From assembly GCA_016188495.1 (NCBI GenBank), contig JACPHU010000028.1, positions 38,325 through 102,324 on the forward strand: DNA of 64,000 bases. Direction: 5' to 3'. A model generated the notes under the pieces. It saw only the letters and a list, made by a program, of their open reading frames with translations. It did not search any database and was not told the origin of the DNA. The DNA comes from Candidatus Uhrbacteria bacterium (GTDB lineage: Bacteria > Patescibacteriota > Patescibacteriia > UBA9934 > GWF2-40-263). Made by a program: the position numbers and the translations under genes. Positions 25,817 through 36,907 of the stretch are shown here, in pieces (positions within the stretch are counted from its first letter, which is position 1; each line of letters opens with the position of its first letter).

Positions 25817-28800
25817 ATGCATATCAGACGTTTTTCTCTCATTGCGGGTTTTTTCTTGGCACTGTGCCTCAGTGTCGGAATTTTTGTTGCCCCTCCCGTC
25901 TTTGCGCAGGAAGTGGATTTGGAAAGTTTTGCCCAAACCGCTGGGTTTTCTACCGATGCGGACATTACGGTCATTATCGCCAGGCTTATTCGCACCGCCA
26001 TCACGCTGGTTGGGGTCGTGACGGTTGTTTTTATCGTGTACGGAGGATTTGTCTTAACAACCGCTGGCGGAAATCCGGAACGTGTCAAAACAGCAAAGAA
26101 AATTATTACCAATGCGGTTTTAGGCCTTGTTTTAGTCTTCGCTTCTTTTGCGATCGTCCAATTTATTTTGAATGCTCTTGTTTCAGCCACAACAGCAACG
26201 ACAGAGACTTCCTCTGACAGTTCCTCTTCTTCTTATTCTGATGGCGGAGAAAGTTCTGTCTTTTATCTTTACTCCGTTAATACACAGTGCGCGGAGGCTC
26301 TGCAAAATTTTGAGCTCCAATTTGTTTTTTCTAAAAAGGTTGATCCCGATACTGTTTCAAACGGTATTACTGTGATACAGGGAACAGCAGAAACTGGAGG
26401 ACCGGTCGTGAGCGGAACATTCTCTACTTCAGGAAGCACTGTGACGTTTGTTCCTTCTCAGTTGTGCGATTCTCCTTATGAGACCGAACATTGTTTTGAT
26501 CCCAATACCGATTATTTGATAGGCATAGATTCTTATTACATTAAATCCACCTCTTCCCAGTCTTTGACGTGTACTACCAGCTATCCTTGTTCTTTTTCTT
26601 TCACCACAGGCGATCAAATAGATGTGGATGATCCATCCGTAACGATGGATGCTCCAGAGGACGGAGAGAGTTTTTACGCAGGTTCCATAGAACTTTTACA
26701 AGCTCTAACGACAGACGATAGCGGAGTTTCCAAAGTTGATTTTTATGTGATTGACGATGAGGAAGCGATCTATTCTTCCGGAGTTAATTTTTCTACCGCC
26801 GGAGCCCTCTTAGGAGAGAATCAGGAAAATGCTTTTTTTACAGATACAACGCAGGAGTGGGCTACGCAAGGTTATACAACAAATCAAGAGTATGATATTT
26901 GGGCAAAGGGATCTGATTGTGCCGGAAATACTGATACCGCTTCGCACATAAGCATTGTGTTGCGCGCGGCAAACTGCAATAACGGCGTCCTGGATTCCGA
27001 TTTGGGCGAGACAGATGTGGATTGCGGAGGCGAAACATCAAGTGCTTATTATTGCGGGGCCTGTGAAGGAGATGAGTGTACAGAGAATGCAGATTGTTCC
27101 ACCGGACAATGCCAAGACGGGCAGTGCATCGTCACTCCTAAAATAGAAAGCGTGTCTCCAGGGGATGGCGCCCCAAATAATTTGATGACGATTTCCGGGG
27201 AAGGTTTTGGGGAGGTAGCCGGAACCATCACTTTTTTGGGTACGGAAAGCGGAGATGAAGTACAGGTCAGTGCGTATTCTTGTAATAGCGTTGTCCAGTG
27301 GTCCGATGACGAGATCATCGTTCAGTTGCCTGTGGGGGCCGTTGACGGACCTCTCTTGGTTACCACTGCCGATGTTGAACCTGAATTCGACCGAACGGAT
27401 GACGATTATGGACCTTCTATTGCAGATGTTGATGTCAACGCGATTGTTCGGCCCGGCATCTGTCTTTTAGATCCTAAGACGGATGTTGCCGGAAGTTCGG
27501 TTGATGTTTATGGAAACGGTTTCGGAGATGCTCAAGGTTCATCCATGTTTTATTTCAGCAGTTACAAAACGAGCTCCTATCTTTCTTGGGAAAATACGCT
27601 GTTGGGCGTTGCTGTCCCGACGATCAATTCTGGAAAATATTCTACGCAAGTATTTACGGGCGACTATACATGTATTGATACGTCCGGAGTTTCCACAGGC
27701 ATTGTCTGTTTAGAAGACAGTGATTGCCACACAGACGAAGGGGAGACCTGCGCCACCTCTTGGTGTTCTGAAACGTTGGAGTACTGTACGGACGATGATT
27801 CCTGCGCAGACACGGATGGAACTTGCGAATCAGTTCGTGTGGGATCCAATAAAGTCTCTTTTACCGTTAAAGATACCTCGACGGAAACCGTACCTATTAT
27901 TTCTTCTGTCGATTCCGGATGGATGGCCTGTTCTGGAGGCTCTAATGATGGAGGACAATGTGGAGAAGATACCGATTGTCCTGATGGAGGCACCTGTGAA
28001 GATGCTTCGAACTGGGGTCCTCCGGGCCAATACGTCACTATTTACGGAACGAATTTTGGTACCTCTACAGGTTCTGTGTATTGGTATAACGAAGACTTAG
28101 GTTATCTGGCGCTGGGGGATACGGATTTTCCAGATGCCTGCGGAGATGATTTTTGGCACGATACGTCTATTACCGTGAAGGTTCCTGAAACCTATTTAAC
28201 CGAACAACAAGATGCCATTAAACCCCTCACGCACGCTCTTTTTGTTGAACGTTCTGACGGGGCAAAGTCCGAGACTCAGGATTTTGTGGTATTAGACGAT
28301 CAACCAGGTCCGTCGATTTGTGAGATCAACCCATCTTCTGGTCCGGTTGGCACAAAACTGACGTTGTACGGGGATCATTTTGGCACAGGCGAAGGATCTG
28401 TGATGTTCTATTCCGAAAAAACAGCTTCTTACGGTTTGTGGGAAAACGATGAAATTTCTTCCGTGTATGTCCCTTCCGATTCTGAAACGGGACCTGTGTA
28501 TGTCAAAGAAGAGAGTCATGGGTACACATCCAACTCTGTTAATTTTAGCGTGGGAGATTGCCGTGAAGAGAGTGATCTGTGCGAAGAGGGCGAATCTTGC
28601 TGTTCCAATGGAGCCTGTTCGACCAGTTGTGAAACGCAAAACGCGGTTGCTGCCCACTATGCCTTTAAAATAACCACAGGCATCACTCCCAATACTCCGC
28701 ACGTGGTGATTGAGTGTACCGAAAACGGCGTTTCGCCTTCTCCATGGGAAGGATGGAGCGATCCGGAAGATATCTGCGTGACCGCTTCTGTTCAGGCTGA

Positions 28801-31800
28801 ATTTGATCGGACCATGAATCAAAGCACGGTGAATACATCTACAGTGGTTGTAGAAAAATGTATAGAAGTATACACAGCAACAGACGAGAGTTCAGGATTG
28901 GGAGAAGAGGGGGAATGTAAAACTTGGGAAGCATTGGTTCCTTCCGATTTTGATACCGATGAAACCGGTTTTTCGTGGGACCCGCCTTCCGGAGGATTTG
29001 CCACGAGCACTCTTCATCGGGTGACTTTGAAAGGAGTCAATCAGATTCAGGCGGACGAAAGCGAAGGAGGAGGATATCTTGAACAAGATTACCAATGGGA
29101 ATTTACCACCAGTTCTTCCGGAGCTTTGTGCGAAGTGGGTGAGGTGAACGTTCGCCCGGATGAATACACGCAAACAGAACAAGAGGACGTGAATTATTCT
29201 GCCCAACTTATTGCTCAAAATGACCGTTGCGTGGCCATGAGCTGTTCCGGTTATGCCTTACATTGGCAGTCAGATTTTGACGGAGCCCTTATTGCCGTTG
29301 CAGAACCTGGCGAAGGAGTCTGCGAAAATGACGTCTCAGCTGTTGACGAGACGCCAGCAAATGATCCTGCCCTTATTACGACAACTGTGACAAACGCTGC
29401 CAGCAAGCCTTCCGGTACAGGCGCCTTGACGATTAATTTTATTGATCCGCAGATCAACGATTATTTCCCGCAGTGTTCGACCGCTTGCGTGAACGCCTTG
29501 CCGTGGGCAGAATTTAATACGGTGATGTCAGCATCCACGATCAATGAGAACAGCGTCAAACTTTATTCTTGTCTCAATTCTTTGTGCGAGCCTTCTCAAA
29601 TAACGCAAGTTTCTTTTATTGATTCAATTAGCGTTAACGAGGCAGCCGATCGTTTCTCTATCCATTTTAAAGATACTGAAACCATGACAGCGAATACGTG
29701 GTATCGCATCGTTGTGGATGGGGACGCGATTACTTCCCAAACAGGCGTTCCTCTTTCAGAGTCCGGTTCAAATGAAGGTTCGGACGATAACCGTTATTTC
29801 CCAAATGACTTTTCTTGGATTTTTAAAACCAAAGACGATGCGGTGAGCTGTAAGGTGGATACGGTTTCTTTAGATCCAGACCTTGCCGACATGAACTACG
29901 TCGGAGAGCGTCAGGAGTTTGAAGCTACGCCAAAAGGGGAGCCTGATGACTGTTCCGAGCAAGGGCAAACGCTCCAGTCCGGATCTTATGTATGGGAAGC
30001 ATGGAGCGCAAAAGATGATCCAAATACCGTAGGAGCCAGTTCAGGAGGCGAGAATGAGCAGGATGAACTTGTTGCTTACATGATCCAAGATGGAGCCATT
30101 GAGCTCACCTCAGAACTCCCTGCGTACTGTACGGCCAGCTGTCTGAATGCGGGAGCTCCTGTGACCAGTGCACAGGGCGTGTGTGGCAATGGAGTTGTTG
30201 AAAGCTCTGAAGAGTGCGATGACGGAGTTACGACCGCCGGCGACGGATGCTCTTCGTTCTGTTTGGACGAGGGTTCGACCAGTTACGGATCTGTTTGTGG
30301 CGATAAGGTTAGAAATTATTTTGCTGACGAAGGAGGGGAAGACTGCGATGACGGCAATACAACCAATGGCGACGGATGTTCTGCCGAATGTCTGGATGAG
30401 GGGGCTCGAGCCATTAGTTCTGTTTGCGGTGATGGGACCAGAGACTGGGCTGAGAATACCGGAGGAGAAGACTGTGATGATGGAAATAAAATAAGCGGAG
30501 ACGGCTGTTCTCAAAATTGTTTGAAGGAGGGCTCTCTTTCTGAAGAAAATGTATATGCTGTTTGCGGAGACGGAACCGTGAGCGATGGAGAAGATTGCGA
30601 GGATGGGAATACAGTCAGCGCAGATGGCTGTTCTTCTGCCTGTTTAAATGAAGGAACCAAAGCATGTCCCACGTCCGCCTCTACAGGAAATTGCTGCGGA
30701 AATGGAATCAGGGGAACAGGTGAAGAATGCGATGGGGAAGAAGGATGTTCCAGCGCCTGTTTGTGGGCAGGTTCTTCTTATCTTTATGAAGCCGCTTCCT
30801 TTTGTGGAGATGGAGACAAAGAAACAGGTGAGGAATGCGATGCGCAAACGTCCTCAAGCTTCAAGACTGGAGATTACGGCGTCGCTCAAGTAGCAAGCGG
30901 TGCTCCTTTGGAAGTGAATAGCGAAACTCACTATGCGTTATCTACTGTTTCTGTCACGGTTGATAGCGATGTCAGCGGCGAAGCGACGTTACAGTTAGAA
31001 TGTTCTTGTACGACCGACGAGTCTTGCGGCGAGACAGGTTTGGGATGCGGCGCAAGCAATTGCTGTTATGAACGTCCTGCTATTGTTGATGGACAGGTCT
31101 ATCCTGCCGATAATACAGCCAGTTTTAGTGCTGGCGACGACGAAGGGTACTGCCGCAATTCCGCTATCTGGATTGAGTTTACTCAAGTCATGGATGAAGC
31201 GACCTTTGACCTGACGGAAGATTCCGATGGAGACGGAATGATCGATCAAGAGGAATTTAAAGGTAATCTTTATTTGGACTTGGTTTCTGTTGATACCAAT
31301 GAAGATGGCATACAAGAAACGGTTGACGAACAGAAAGAGTGTCCTCAAGGATATGAAGGAGCGGCCGCTTCTGCTCAGGGAACGGTTTTACGCGTTTGGA
31401 ATTGGTTGAAGGATCTCGTTTTGGGATGGTTTGGACGCGATGCTGAGGCGTCTTCCGTTTTTGCTTGTCATGTTCCTATTCATTATGAGATGTATCAAAA
31501 TTCTGATGAAACTTTCCATGTTTATTTAAGATACGGATCTTTGCTTGAAAAAAATGCGATCTATCGGTTAGTCGTTGTTGGCGATAACCAAGCGGACGAT
31601 TCTGAGAAGACGGGGGTATTGAGCCAACAGCAGGTCACCGTATGCTTAGGAGATGATTGCGAAAATGCGAGTTTCGAACAGTCGTTTGCTATCGGAGACG
31701 ATATCTGTGATTTGGACCGCGTGTTGGTTGAAGATCAGGGTAATGTTGATGCTACGGAGTATGAATCAGCCAGTATTGGATTTTTTAGTTCTACCAACGA

Positions 31801-34800
31801 AGAGCACGCCTTTATTGCCACACCGCAGACGTATCATGCAGGAAGCGGCTATCAAGAAATTTCTCCGTTAGCCGATTTGTATGAATGGACGTGGGCTTGG
31901 GGTTCTTCCAAGACTGACGAAACAGAATCAGATATCGTGGCGATTACCGAAGGGGATGCAGCAGATGATACAACGACCCATTATTCCGCTTCCGGCGCCA
32001 CAGGATACGAAACTGTCTTAACTTCGGCGGAAATTACGGTTGATGAACTTTTTACTCCCACTACCCAATCAACGATCGTGACAGGAACACAGGAAGTGTC
32101 CGCTTTGGTGTGCGAGAATCCTTGGCCAGCATTGGATTCTGCTTCAGGATTTCCTTATGTAGAAGATCTTATTCCAACCAATTTTTCTTTCTATTATTGT
32201 CGTGATGCCGGAGATTTTGGAACAGATGACGACCTTCCTGCGCTCGGAGACCCGATCGACGTCAGTTCCCTTTCCTCTTCAGGGATTATTCAGGAATTGA
32301 TTTTTAAGATAGAGGATTCAAGCGATGCTATCGGTGTACGCGTGGTATCCAATGACACCTATCTTTCGCCTTCCTCGTGGGTAGAAGCGCAAGGATTTAC
32401 CGGCTCATTTTCACAAACCCAGTTAGACGGGTATGAGGCGGTTGAGTCTGGCACCACGGTGTATACCTCCGCGGCCAACCAAAGCTTAGGATCGGTTTAT
32501 CCGAATGTCTATGTTGTGTCTTATAACCAAGACGCAGGGGAAGAAGCACAGCAGATTTTTGATCAAATTTTGGAAAACTGGAGATTTAATGCCAATACGG
32601 ATGAAGTGACGGATATCAATCTGTGTTCAGTGGATGGGGATTATGTAACCGATGAAGAAGGAAATTTTCTTACCTGTAGCTGGAATGGGGATTGTTTGGA
32701 GACCTGTCAGGACAACGTTTGTTCTGTTTCTGGAGATACGTGTGAGGCAGATGCGGATTGTCCTCTGGCATTAAATACAAGCACTCCTGTGGTGTGTGAT
32801 GCACAAAAAGCTAAACTCACACGCGACACCAAGCGTCTTACCGATATCACGGACATTCAGTCCACGCTTGAAACCTTTGGAGAAAATAACAGGCATTGTT
32901 CTGTGACAAAAGGGCAGAGTTGCGAAGAAGACGCAGATTGTCCTGGAACGGAAGAGTGTGTCGCGGGATTTCCTGCCGTTCAATCAGGAACGTTTGTTCC
33001 GGCGCTTTCCAATTCTCTTTGGGGATCTTGGAATGCTTCTTTGGCCAATGAACTAGGAACAACGCTTCCGACAGATCCTGTTAACGCGTTTTACGATTGT
33101 TCAGAAGAGGGATTTGACTCAGCTTCTTGTTGGAACGGAGAAAGCGGAATGTTCATATGTCCGGAGGATTCTCATGTGTACGGCTATCAGAGCATTGGAG
33201 GAGAGTCCTATATGTTGTATGCGCAGCTTGAGACTTCGGGCAATGTGGCTTGGGCCTATGATATAGACACCGATACCTCGGATGAAGCTGGGATTGTGGT
33301 TGAATATCCAACCGGGTACGCTCCAACGAGCACCCCTTTGGAGGATGGGTTTGAATCCACTCCCCAATTTTGCGATGCAGGAACATGGGGAGACTCAGCT
33401 TTGTGCGGTGATGGAACGCAAGGAGCAACAGAAACATGTGAAATAGGAGATACGAAATCGATTGCTTGTACGGACGATGTGACAAGTGAATTGGGAACGA
33501 TCACCTCCGCTTGTCTAACGGATTGTTCTCAATACCAAACAGAGGTTCAGGCCGAGACTGCGGGCGCTGACTGTATTGCCTATGAATGCGGAAACGGCGT
33601 TGTGGAGGATTTAGAATCCTGTGATGACGGTTCGTTAAACGGAACTTACGGTCATTGCAGCGATACCTGTACGTTTACAGGTGCATTTTATTGCGGAGAC
33701 GGTTATTTGGCGGATTCTGAGCAGTGCGACTGTGCTACAACCACCAACTATAGCAGTGTAATCACCGATACAAGCAGTTGGGCCTACGGCAACAGCTGTG
33801 TGGTTTCCAACGGCCAATACGCTTCCAATATCGATGTGAGTTGTGCGTACAACTGCACGGAACCAGGACCTTCTTGTGGAGACAAGGTCGTAAATGGTGG
33901 CGAGGCCTGCGATGGGGATTATGAAGAATGGAGTGGAGCTCTTTGTGCAGACGCAACGACTTGTTCAACTGATAGTGATTGCGAGACGGGGTCTTGCGGC
34001 GATGGAAACGTTTCTTGCGGAGTCGGAGATATCTGTACCGATTTCACGGACGTGGGAGAAACTTGTACCTCGGACAGTCAATGCGATTCACGTGAATGTT
34101 TAGCAGGAGTTTGTACAAGCGCGACGGATGCCGGATCTGTGTGCGTCGTTACAACGTCAGATCCAACCGGCGGTTGCGAATCTGGCTTGTGCGGAGATTT
34201 TAATTACACTCTTTTCCGTTATCGAACCTGCAGCAGTACGTGCGGTTGGAACAGTTGGTCGGAATGCGTAGGCGGAACACAAATTTGCGGAAACGGCACG
34301 CTGGAAGGTAATGAAGCGTGCGATGACGGAAACACTTCAAACAATGACGCTTGTTTAAATACCTGTCAGGTAAACGTCTGCGGAGATGACGCAGTGTACG
34401 TGGGTGTTGAGTCGTGTGATAACGGTTCTTCCAACGGAACGACGTGCGAGGCCTCTTATGACGGCACGTGTAACTACTGTAATTCAACCTGCCAATATAA
34501 AACTCAGTCAGGAGGATATTGCGGAGATGGAGTGCTCAATGGCACAGAGGTCTGTGACGGAGGGTATTCTACACAATTAAAATATTTTGACGTTGAAAAC
34601 CAGAAAACAACCGGGGCTTGTACAACTCATGGTGCGACAACCACAGACGCAAGCGATACGTATACGTGTCGGTGGTTAGGTGTGTGCGATGGGGGTTCAG
34701 AAAATGGAGATTTTTGCACGCTTGATGTAACGACTTACAATTCAAGCGGGATCGTGCAACCGCTTTCAAGTGGTACGGATACCAACACATGTACAGATGG

Positions 34801-36046
34801 AGAGTGTGTTGCTCCTATTTGTGCCGATAATTGCGCATCTTCTTGTCCTGTGAGTTATCAAACAACAGGCGTCCTTGTTCAAAGCGAAATTTCCGGAAGC
34901 GAACCTGCTGAATTTATCGATTTGTATAGCTTTTTGAATGACGAAGGCGATTCGCCGGATAACGCCACGCTTTATATCCCTGCCTGTAATGTGGCGACGG
35001 TATTAACCGCAGATCTTGATGATCAAAATATTACGCCACCGGACGTGGATATCGTGTTTGTGACGGATCTTACCGGAAGTATGGGTTGGACTTTGGATGG
35101 TTCTCGAAAGATTGATTTGGCGGTTAATTCGACTATCAATGCGATCGAGGAGTTATTCGATGCCTACCGTTCTACAGATGCCACAATGAAGATAGGCTTG
35201 GTTTCCTATACGGTTGATTATGGAGGCGGCGCATTTTGTAACAGCGCTTCCGCTCAAACCGATGGAGCGTACACGGATTCAGTTCTGGTAGATGATTCGT
35301 CTGAGGCAGCTCTTATCAGCTATGTCCAAAGTTACTCCACATGCGTTACTTCCAGTAACGGTTCCACACCTACCTACAATGGTATTGAAGAAGCTGTCAG
35401 TCTCCTTAAGAGCTCATCATCGACCGCTGCGGTGAAGATCGTCATTGTCTTGGCAGACGGAGATTATGACTGGATTGATTCCGCGTTGAGTACAGATGGT
35501 TGGGATGACACTACCGATTCCGTGACCAACGAAGCGTGTAACAGTACGTATTCGAAGGTCTACAACGGAAATACATACACAGAGAAACCTGCCTGCGCTG
35601 CTGACATGTACGATGATTTTGTTGACAGTTCAGATATTCTTTTCTATACCGCCGCGATCACGAGCGATTCAACCTATCAAGGGTACACTTCCCATATCTC
35701 AAGCAATGACTGCGCATGGGAGACTTCCAGTTCAGCCTCTAAAACTTCGGATTGTACAGGTAATTACGCCTTTGCAGGGGCAACAGAGGATGAAATTGAT
35801 CAAATGTACGAATCCATCGTCGATTCCATTTTAGGAACGAACGTTACCTTTACGGCCACGGATGAAGATGGCGATACCCATACCACCACCGGTGAGGTTC
35901 AAGCAGGGTCTGATGTTGAACTTCCGTTTCCAGAAGGATTCGTCTGCCAAAGCACGCAGCAAAGCATTCCTTTGCGCAACGCCTTTTACGGTGAGGGATT
36001 CATCAGCTTTAGCGATTTTAACCTGACCTATTGTCCTTACCAATAG
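25817..36046 (+). CDS. Giant (3409 aa) cell-surface adhesin-like protein with a pilin-like N-terminal module, IPT/TIG repeats, Cys-rich repeats and a C-terminal VWA domain
   Basis: Start at the ATG at 25817 (MHIRRFSLIAGFFLALCLSVGIFVAPPVFAQ signal peptide); the track's upstream extension runs through repeat A. IPT/TIG-like repeats include PKIESVSPGDGAPNNLMTISGEGFG and ICEINPSSGPVGTKLTLYGDHFG. More than 8 Cys-rich repeats have the form CGDG...GE.CDDGN...GDGCS..CL.EG (Myxococcus-type cysteine-rich repeat). The VWA domain carries the MIDAS motif DIVFVTDLTGSM. Confidence 0.7.
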   Translation: MHIRRFSLIAGFFLALCLSVGIFVAPPVFAQEVDLESFAQTAGFSTDADITVIIARLIRTAITLVGVVTVVFIVYGGFVLTTAGGNPERVKTAKKIITNAVLGLVLVFASFAIVQFILNALVSATTATTETSSDSSSSSYSDGGESSVFYLYSVNTQCAEALQNFELQFVFSKKVDPDTVSNGITVIQGTAETGGPVVSGTFSTSGSTVTFVPSQLCDSPYETEHCFDPNTDYLIGIDSYYIKSTSSQSLTCTTSYPCSFSFTTGDQIDVDDPSVTMDAPEDGESFYAGSIELLQALTTDDSGVSKVDFYVIDDEEAIYSSGVNFSTAGALLGENQENAFFTDTTQEWATQGYTTNQEYDIWAKGSDCAGNTDTASHISIVLRAANCNNGVLDSDLGETDVDCGGETSSAYYCGACEGDECTENADCSTGQCQDGQCIVTPKIESVSPGDGAPNNLMTISGEGFGEVAGTITFLGTESGDEVQVSAYSCNSVVQWSDDEIIVQLPVGAVDGPLLVTTADVEPEFDRTDDDYGPSIADVDVNAIVRPGICLLDPKTDVAGSSVDVYGNGFGDAQGSSMFYFSSYKTSSYLSWENTLLGVAVPTINSGKYSTQVFTGDYTCIDTSGVSTGIVCLEDSDCHTDEGETCATSWCSETLEYCTDDDSCADTDGTCESVRVGSNKVSFTVKDTSTETVPIISSVDSGWMACSGGSNDGGQCGEDTDCPDGGTCEDASNWGPPGQYVTIYGTNFGTSTGSVYWYNEDLGYLALGDTDFPDACGDDFWHDTSITVKVPETYLTEQQDAIKPLTHALFVERSDGAKSETQDFVVLDDQPGPSICEINPSSGPVGTKLTLYGDHFGTGEGSVMFYSEKTASYGLWENDEISSVYVPSDSETGPVYVKEESHGYTSNSVNFSVGDCREESDLCEEGESCCSNGACSTSCETQNAVAAHYAFKITTGITPNTPHVVIECTENGVSPSPWEGWSDPEDICVTASVQAEFDRTMNQSTVNTSTVVVEKCIEVYTATDESSGLGEEGECKTWEALVPSDFDTDETGFSWDPPSGGFATSTLHRVTLKGVNQIQADESEGGGYLEQDYQWEFTTSSSGALCEVGEVNVRPDEYTQTEQEDVNYSAQLIAQNDRCVAMSCSGYALHWQSDFDGALIAVAEPGEGVCENDVSAVDETPANDPALITTTVTNAASKPSGTGALTINFIDPQINDYFPQCSTACVNALPWAEFNTVMSASTINENSVKLYSCLNSLCEPSQITQVSFIDSISVNEAADRFSIHFKDTETMTANTWYRIVVDGDAITSQTGVPLSESGSNEGSDDNRYFPNDFSWIFKTKDDAVSCKVDTVSLDPDLADMNYVGERQEFEATPKGEPDDCSEQGQTLQSGSYVWEAWSAKDDPNTVGASSGGENEQDELVAYMIQDGAIELTSELPAYCTASCLNAGAPVTSAQGVCGNGVVESSEECDDGVTTAGDGCSSFCLDEGSTSYGSVCGDKVRNYFADEGGEDCDDGNTTNGDGCSAECLDEGARAISSVCGDGTRDWAENTGGEDCDDGNKISGDGCSQNCLKEGSLSEENVYAVCGDGTVSDGEDCEDGNTVSADGCSSACLNEGTKACPTSASTGNCCGNGIRGTGEECDGEEGCSSACLWAGSSYLYEAASFCGDGDKETGEECDAQTSSSFKTGDYGVAQVASGAPLEVNSETHYALSTVSVTVDSDVSGEATLQLECSCTTDESCGETGLGCGASNCCYERPAIVDGQVYPADNTASFSAGDDEGYCRNSAIWIEFTQVMDEATFDLTEDSDGDGMIDQEEFKGNLYLDLVSVDTNEDGIQETVDEQKECPQGYEGAAASAQGTVLRVWNWLKDLVLGWFGRDAEASSVFACHVPIHYEMYQNSDETFHVYLRYGSLLEKNAIYRLVVVGDNQADDSEKTGVLSQQQVTVCLGDDCENASFEQSFAIGDDICDLDRVLVEDQGNVDATEYESASIGFFSSTNEEHAFIATPQTYHAGSGYQEISPLADLYEWTWAWGSSKTDETESDIVAITEGDAADDTTTHYSASGATGYETVLTSAEITVDELFTPTTQSTIVTGTQEVSALVCENPWPALDSASGFPYVEDLIPTNFSFYYCRDAGDFGTDDDLPALGDPIDVSSLSSSGIIQELIFKIEDSSDAIGVRVVSNDTYLSPSSWVEAQGFTGSFSQTQLDGYEAVESGTTVYTSAANQSLGSVYPNVYVVSYNQDAGEEAQQIFDQILENWRFNANTDEVTDINLCSVDGDYVTDEEGNFLTCSWNGDCLETCQDNVCSVSGDTCEADADCPLALNTSTPVVCDAQKAKLTRDTKRLTDITDIQSTLETFGENNRHCSVTKGQSCEEDADCPGTEECVAGFPAVQSGTFVPALSNSLWGSWNASLANELGTTLPTDPVNAFYDCSEEGFDSASCWNGESGMFICPEDSHVYGYQSIGGESYMLYAQLETSGNVAWAYDIDTDTSDEAGIVVEYPTGYAPTSTPLEDGFESTPQFCDAGTWGDSALCGDGTQGATETCEIGDTKSIACTDDVTSELGTITSACLTDCSQYQTEVQAETAGADCIAYECGNGVVEDLESCDDGSLNGTYGHCSDTCTFTGAFYCGDGYLADSEQCDCATTTNYSSVITDTSSWAYGNSCVVSNGQYASNIDVSCAYNCTEPGPSCGDKVVNGGEACDGDYEEWSGALCADATTCSTDSDCETGSCGDGNVSCGVGDICTDFTDVGETCTSDSQCDSRECLAGVCTSATDAGSVCVVTTSDPTGGCESGLCGDFNYTLFRYRTCSSTCGWNSWSECVGGTQICGNGTLEGNEACDDGNTSNNDACLNTCQVNVCGDDAVYVGVESCDNGSSNGTTCEASYDGTCNYCNSTCQYKTQSGGYCGDGVLNGTEVCDGGYSTQLKYFDVENQKTTGACTTHGATTTDASDTYTCRWLGVCDGGSENGDFCTLDVTTYNSSGIVQPLSSGTDTNTCTDGECVAPICADNCASSCPVSYQTTGVLVQSEISGSEPAEFIDLYSFLNDEGDSPDNATLYIPACNVATVLTADLDDQNITPPDVDIVFVTDLTGSMGWTLDGSRKIDLAVNSTINAIEELFDAYRSTDATMKIGLVSYTVDYGGGAFCNSASAQTDGAYTDSVLVDDSSEAALISYVQSYSTCVTSSNGSTPTYNGIEEAVSLLKSSSSTAAVKIVIVLADGDYDWIDSALSTDGWDDTTDSVTNEACNSTYSKVYNGNTYTEKPACAADMYDDFVDSSDILFYTAAITSDSTYQGYTSHISSNDCAWETSSSASKTSDCTGNYAFAGATEDEIDQMYESIVDSILGTNVTFTATDEDGDTHTTTGEVQAGSDVELPFPEGFVCQSTQQSIPLRNAFYGEGFISFSDFNLTYCPYQ

Positions 36047-36049
36047 ACT

Positions 36050-36877
36050 ATGGACCTGAATGACTATCCCACAGGACGTCGCCTGTTTGCCTGGAAACCC
36101 GCCCTTCTCATTGCTGGTGGTGCCGTCTTTTTGATTGTGGTGGTTTTTATTCTTGTCCGAATGTTTTTTGGAAATGCTTCAGAAGAGTTTTTGCTCCAGA
36201 ATTTAGAAACTTCATCGAGTTCTGTATTGGATGCCTGTAATAACACGGATAATCCGGAAAGATGTCGCGCAGGATACCTTTCCGATTTAGCTCAACAAGA
36301 AATCTCAGCGCAAGCGTGCGATCTGCTTGAAACGGATGCACAAAAAGATAATTGTTATTGGAGTATTGCCCATGTCTCTTTAGATTCTGCTTACTGCCAG
36401 AACATTTCAGATGCCGCTTCGCTTTCACGATGCAAAGACGATGTGACAGAATCTCAGGCCATTGATCAGGCTAGTGTTCTTTTATGCGAGCAAATGATTG
36501 ACGAACATCGTCGAGAGCGTTGCGTGTATGCCGTTTCCGGACCCATTACCAGTCAAAATTGTCTCGAACGTGATCCGGGTTTGTGTGACGATATTTCCTT
36601 GTTCGAGCAGGCAACCGTAGCTGTAGATGTTGTCTATTGTCGAGAGATTGTTGACGAATATTTAGCTCTTTCCTGTGTTGATGCCGTTGAAGATCTTCTT
36701 GCGGTACAGATGGTTGATGAAGGAGAAAGGGATTCTGACCAAGACGGGCTTACCGATTCACAAGAACAGACCTACGGATCGGATCCTCAAAATCCTGATA
36801 CCGATGGAGACGGATATCTGGATGGAGCTGAAGTTTCTTCGGGGTATAATCCAATAGGCTCCGGTTCCCTAGAGTAA
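36050..36877 (+). CDS. Membrane-anchored protein with a C-terminal TSP3-like calcium-binding Asp-rich module
   Basis: N-terminal signal anchor LLIAGGAVFLIVVVFILV. C-terminal DSDQDGLTDSQEQTYGSDPQNPDTDGDGYLDGAEVSSGYNPIGSGSLE has D-x-D-x-DG repeats like thrombospondin type 3 repeats. Start is 4 nt after the giant-gene stop. Confidence 0.5.
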   Translation: MDLNDYPTGRRLFAWKPALLIAGGAVFLIVVVFILVRMFFGNASEEFLLQNLETSSSSVLDACNNTDNPERCRAGYLSDLAQQEISAQACDLLETDAQKDNCYWSIAHVSLDSAYCQNISDAASLSRCKDDVTESQAIDQASVLLCEQMIDEHRRERCVYAVSGPITSQNCLERDPGLCDDISLFEQATVAVDVVYCREIVDEYLALSCVDAVEDLLAVQMVDEGERDSDQDGLTDSQEQTYGSDPQNPDTDGDGYLDGAEVSSGYNPIGSGSLE

Positions 36878-36907
36878 TTAATCGCGGAACATTTTTATTT
36901 TCACTTT

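Noticed and set aside
26000-36000. Numerous 60-180-aa ORFs on both strands inside the giant gene
   Set aside because: All are embedded in the 10.2-kb continuous reading frame that has coherent domain architecture; they are shadow ORFs.
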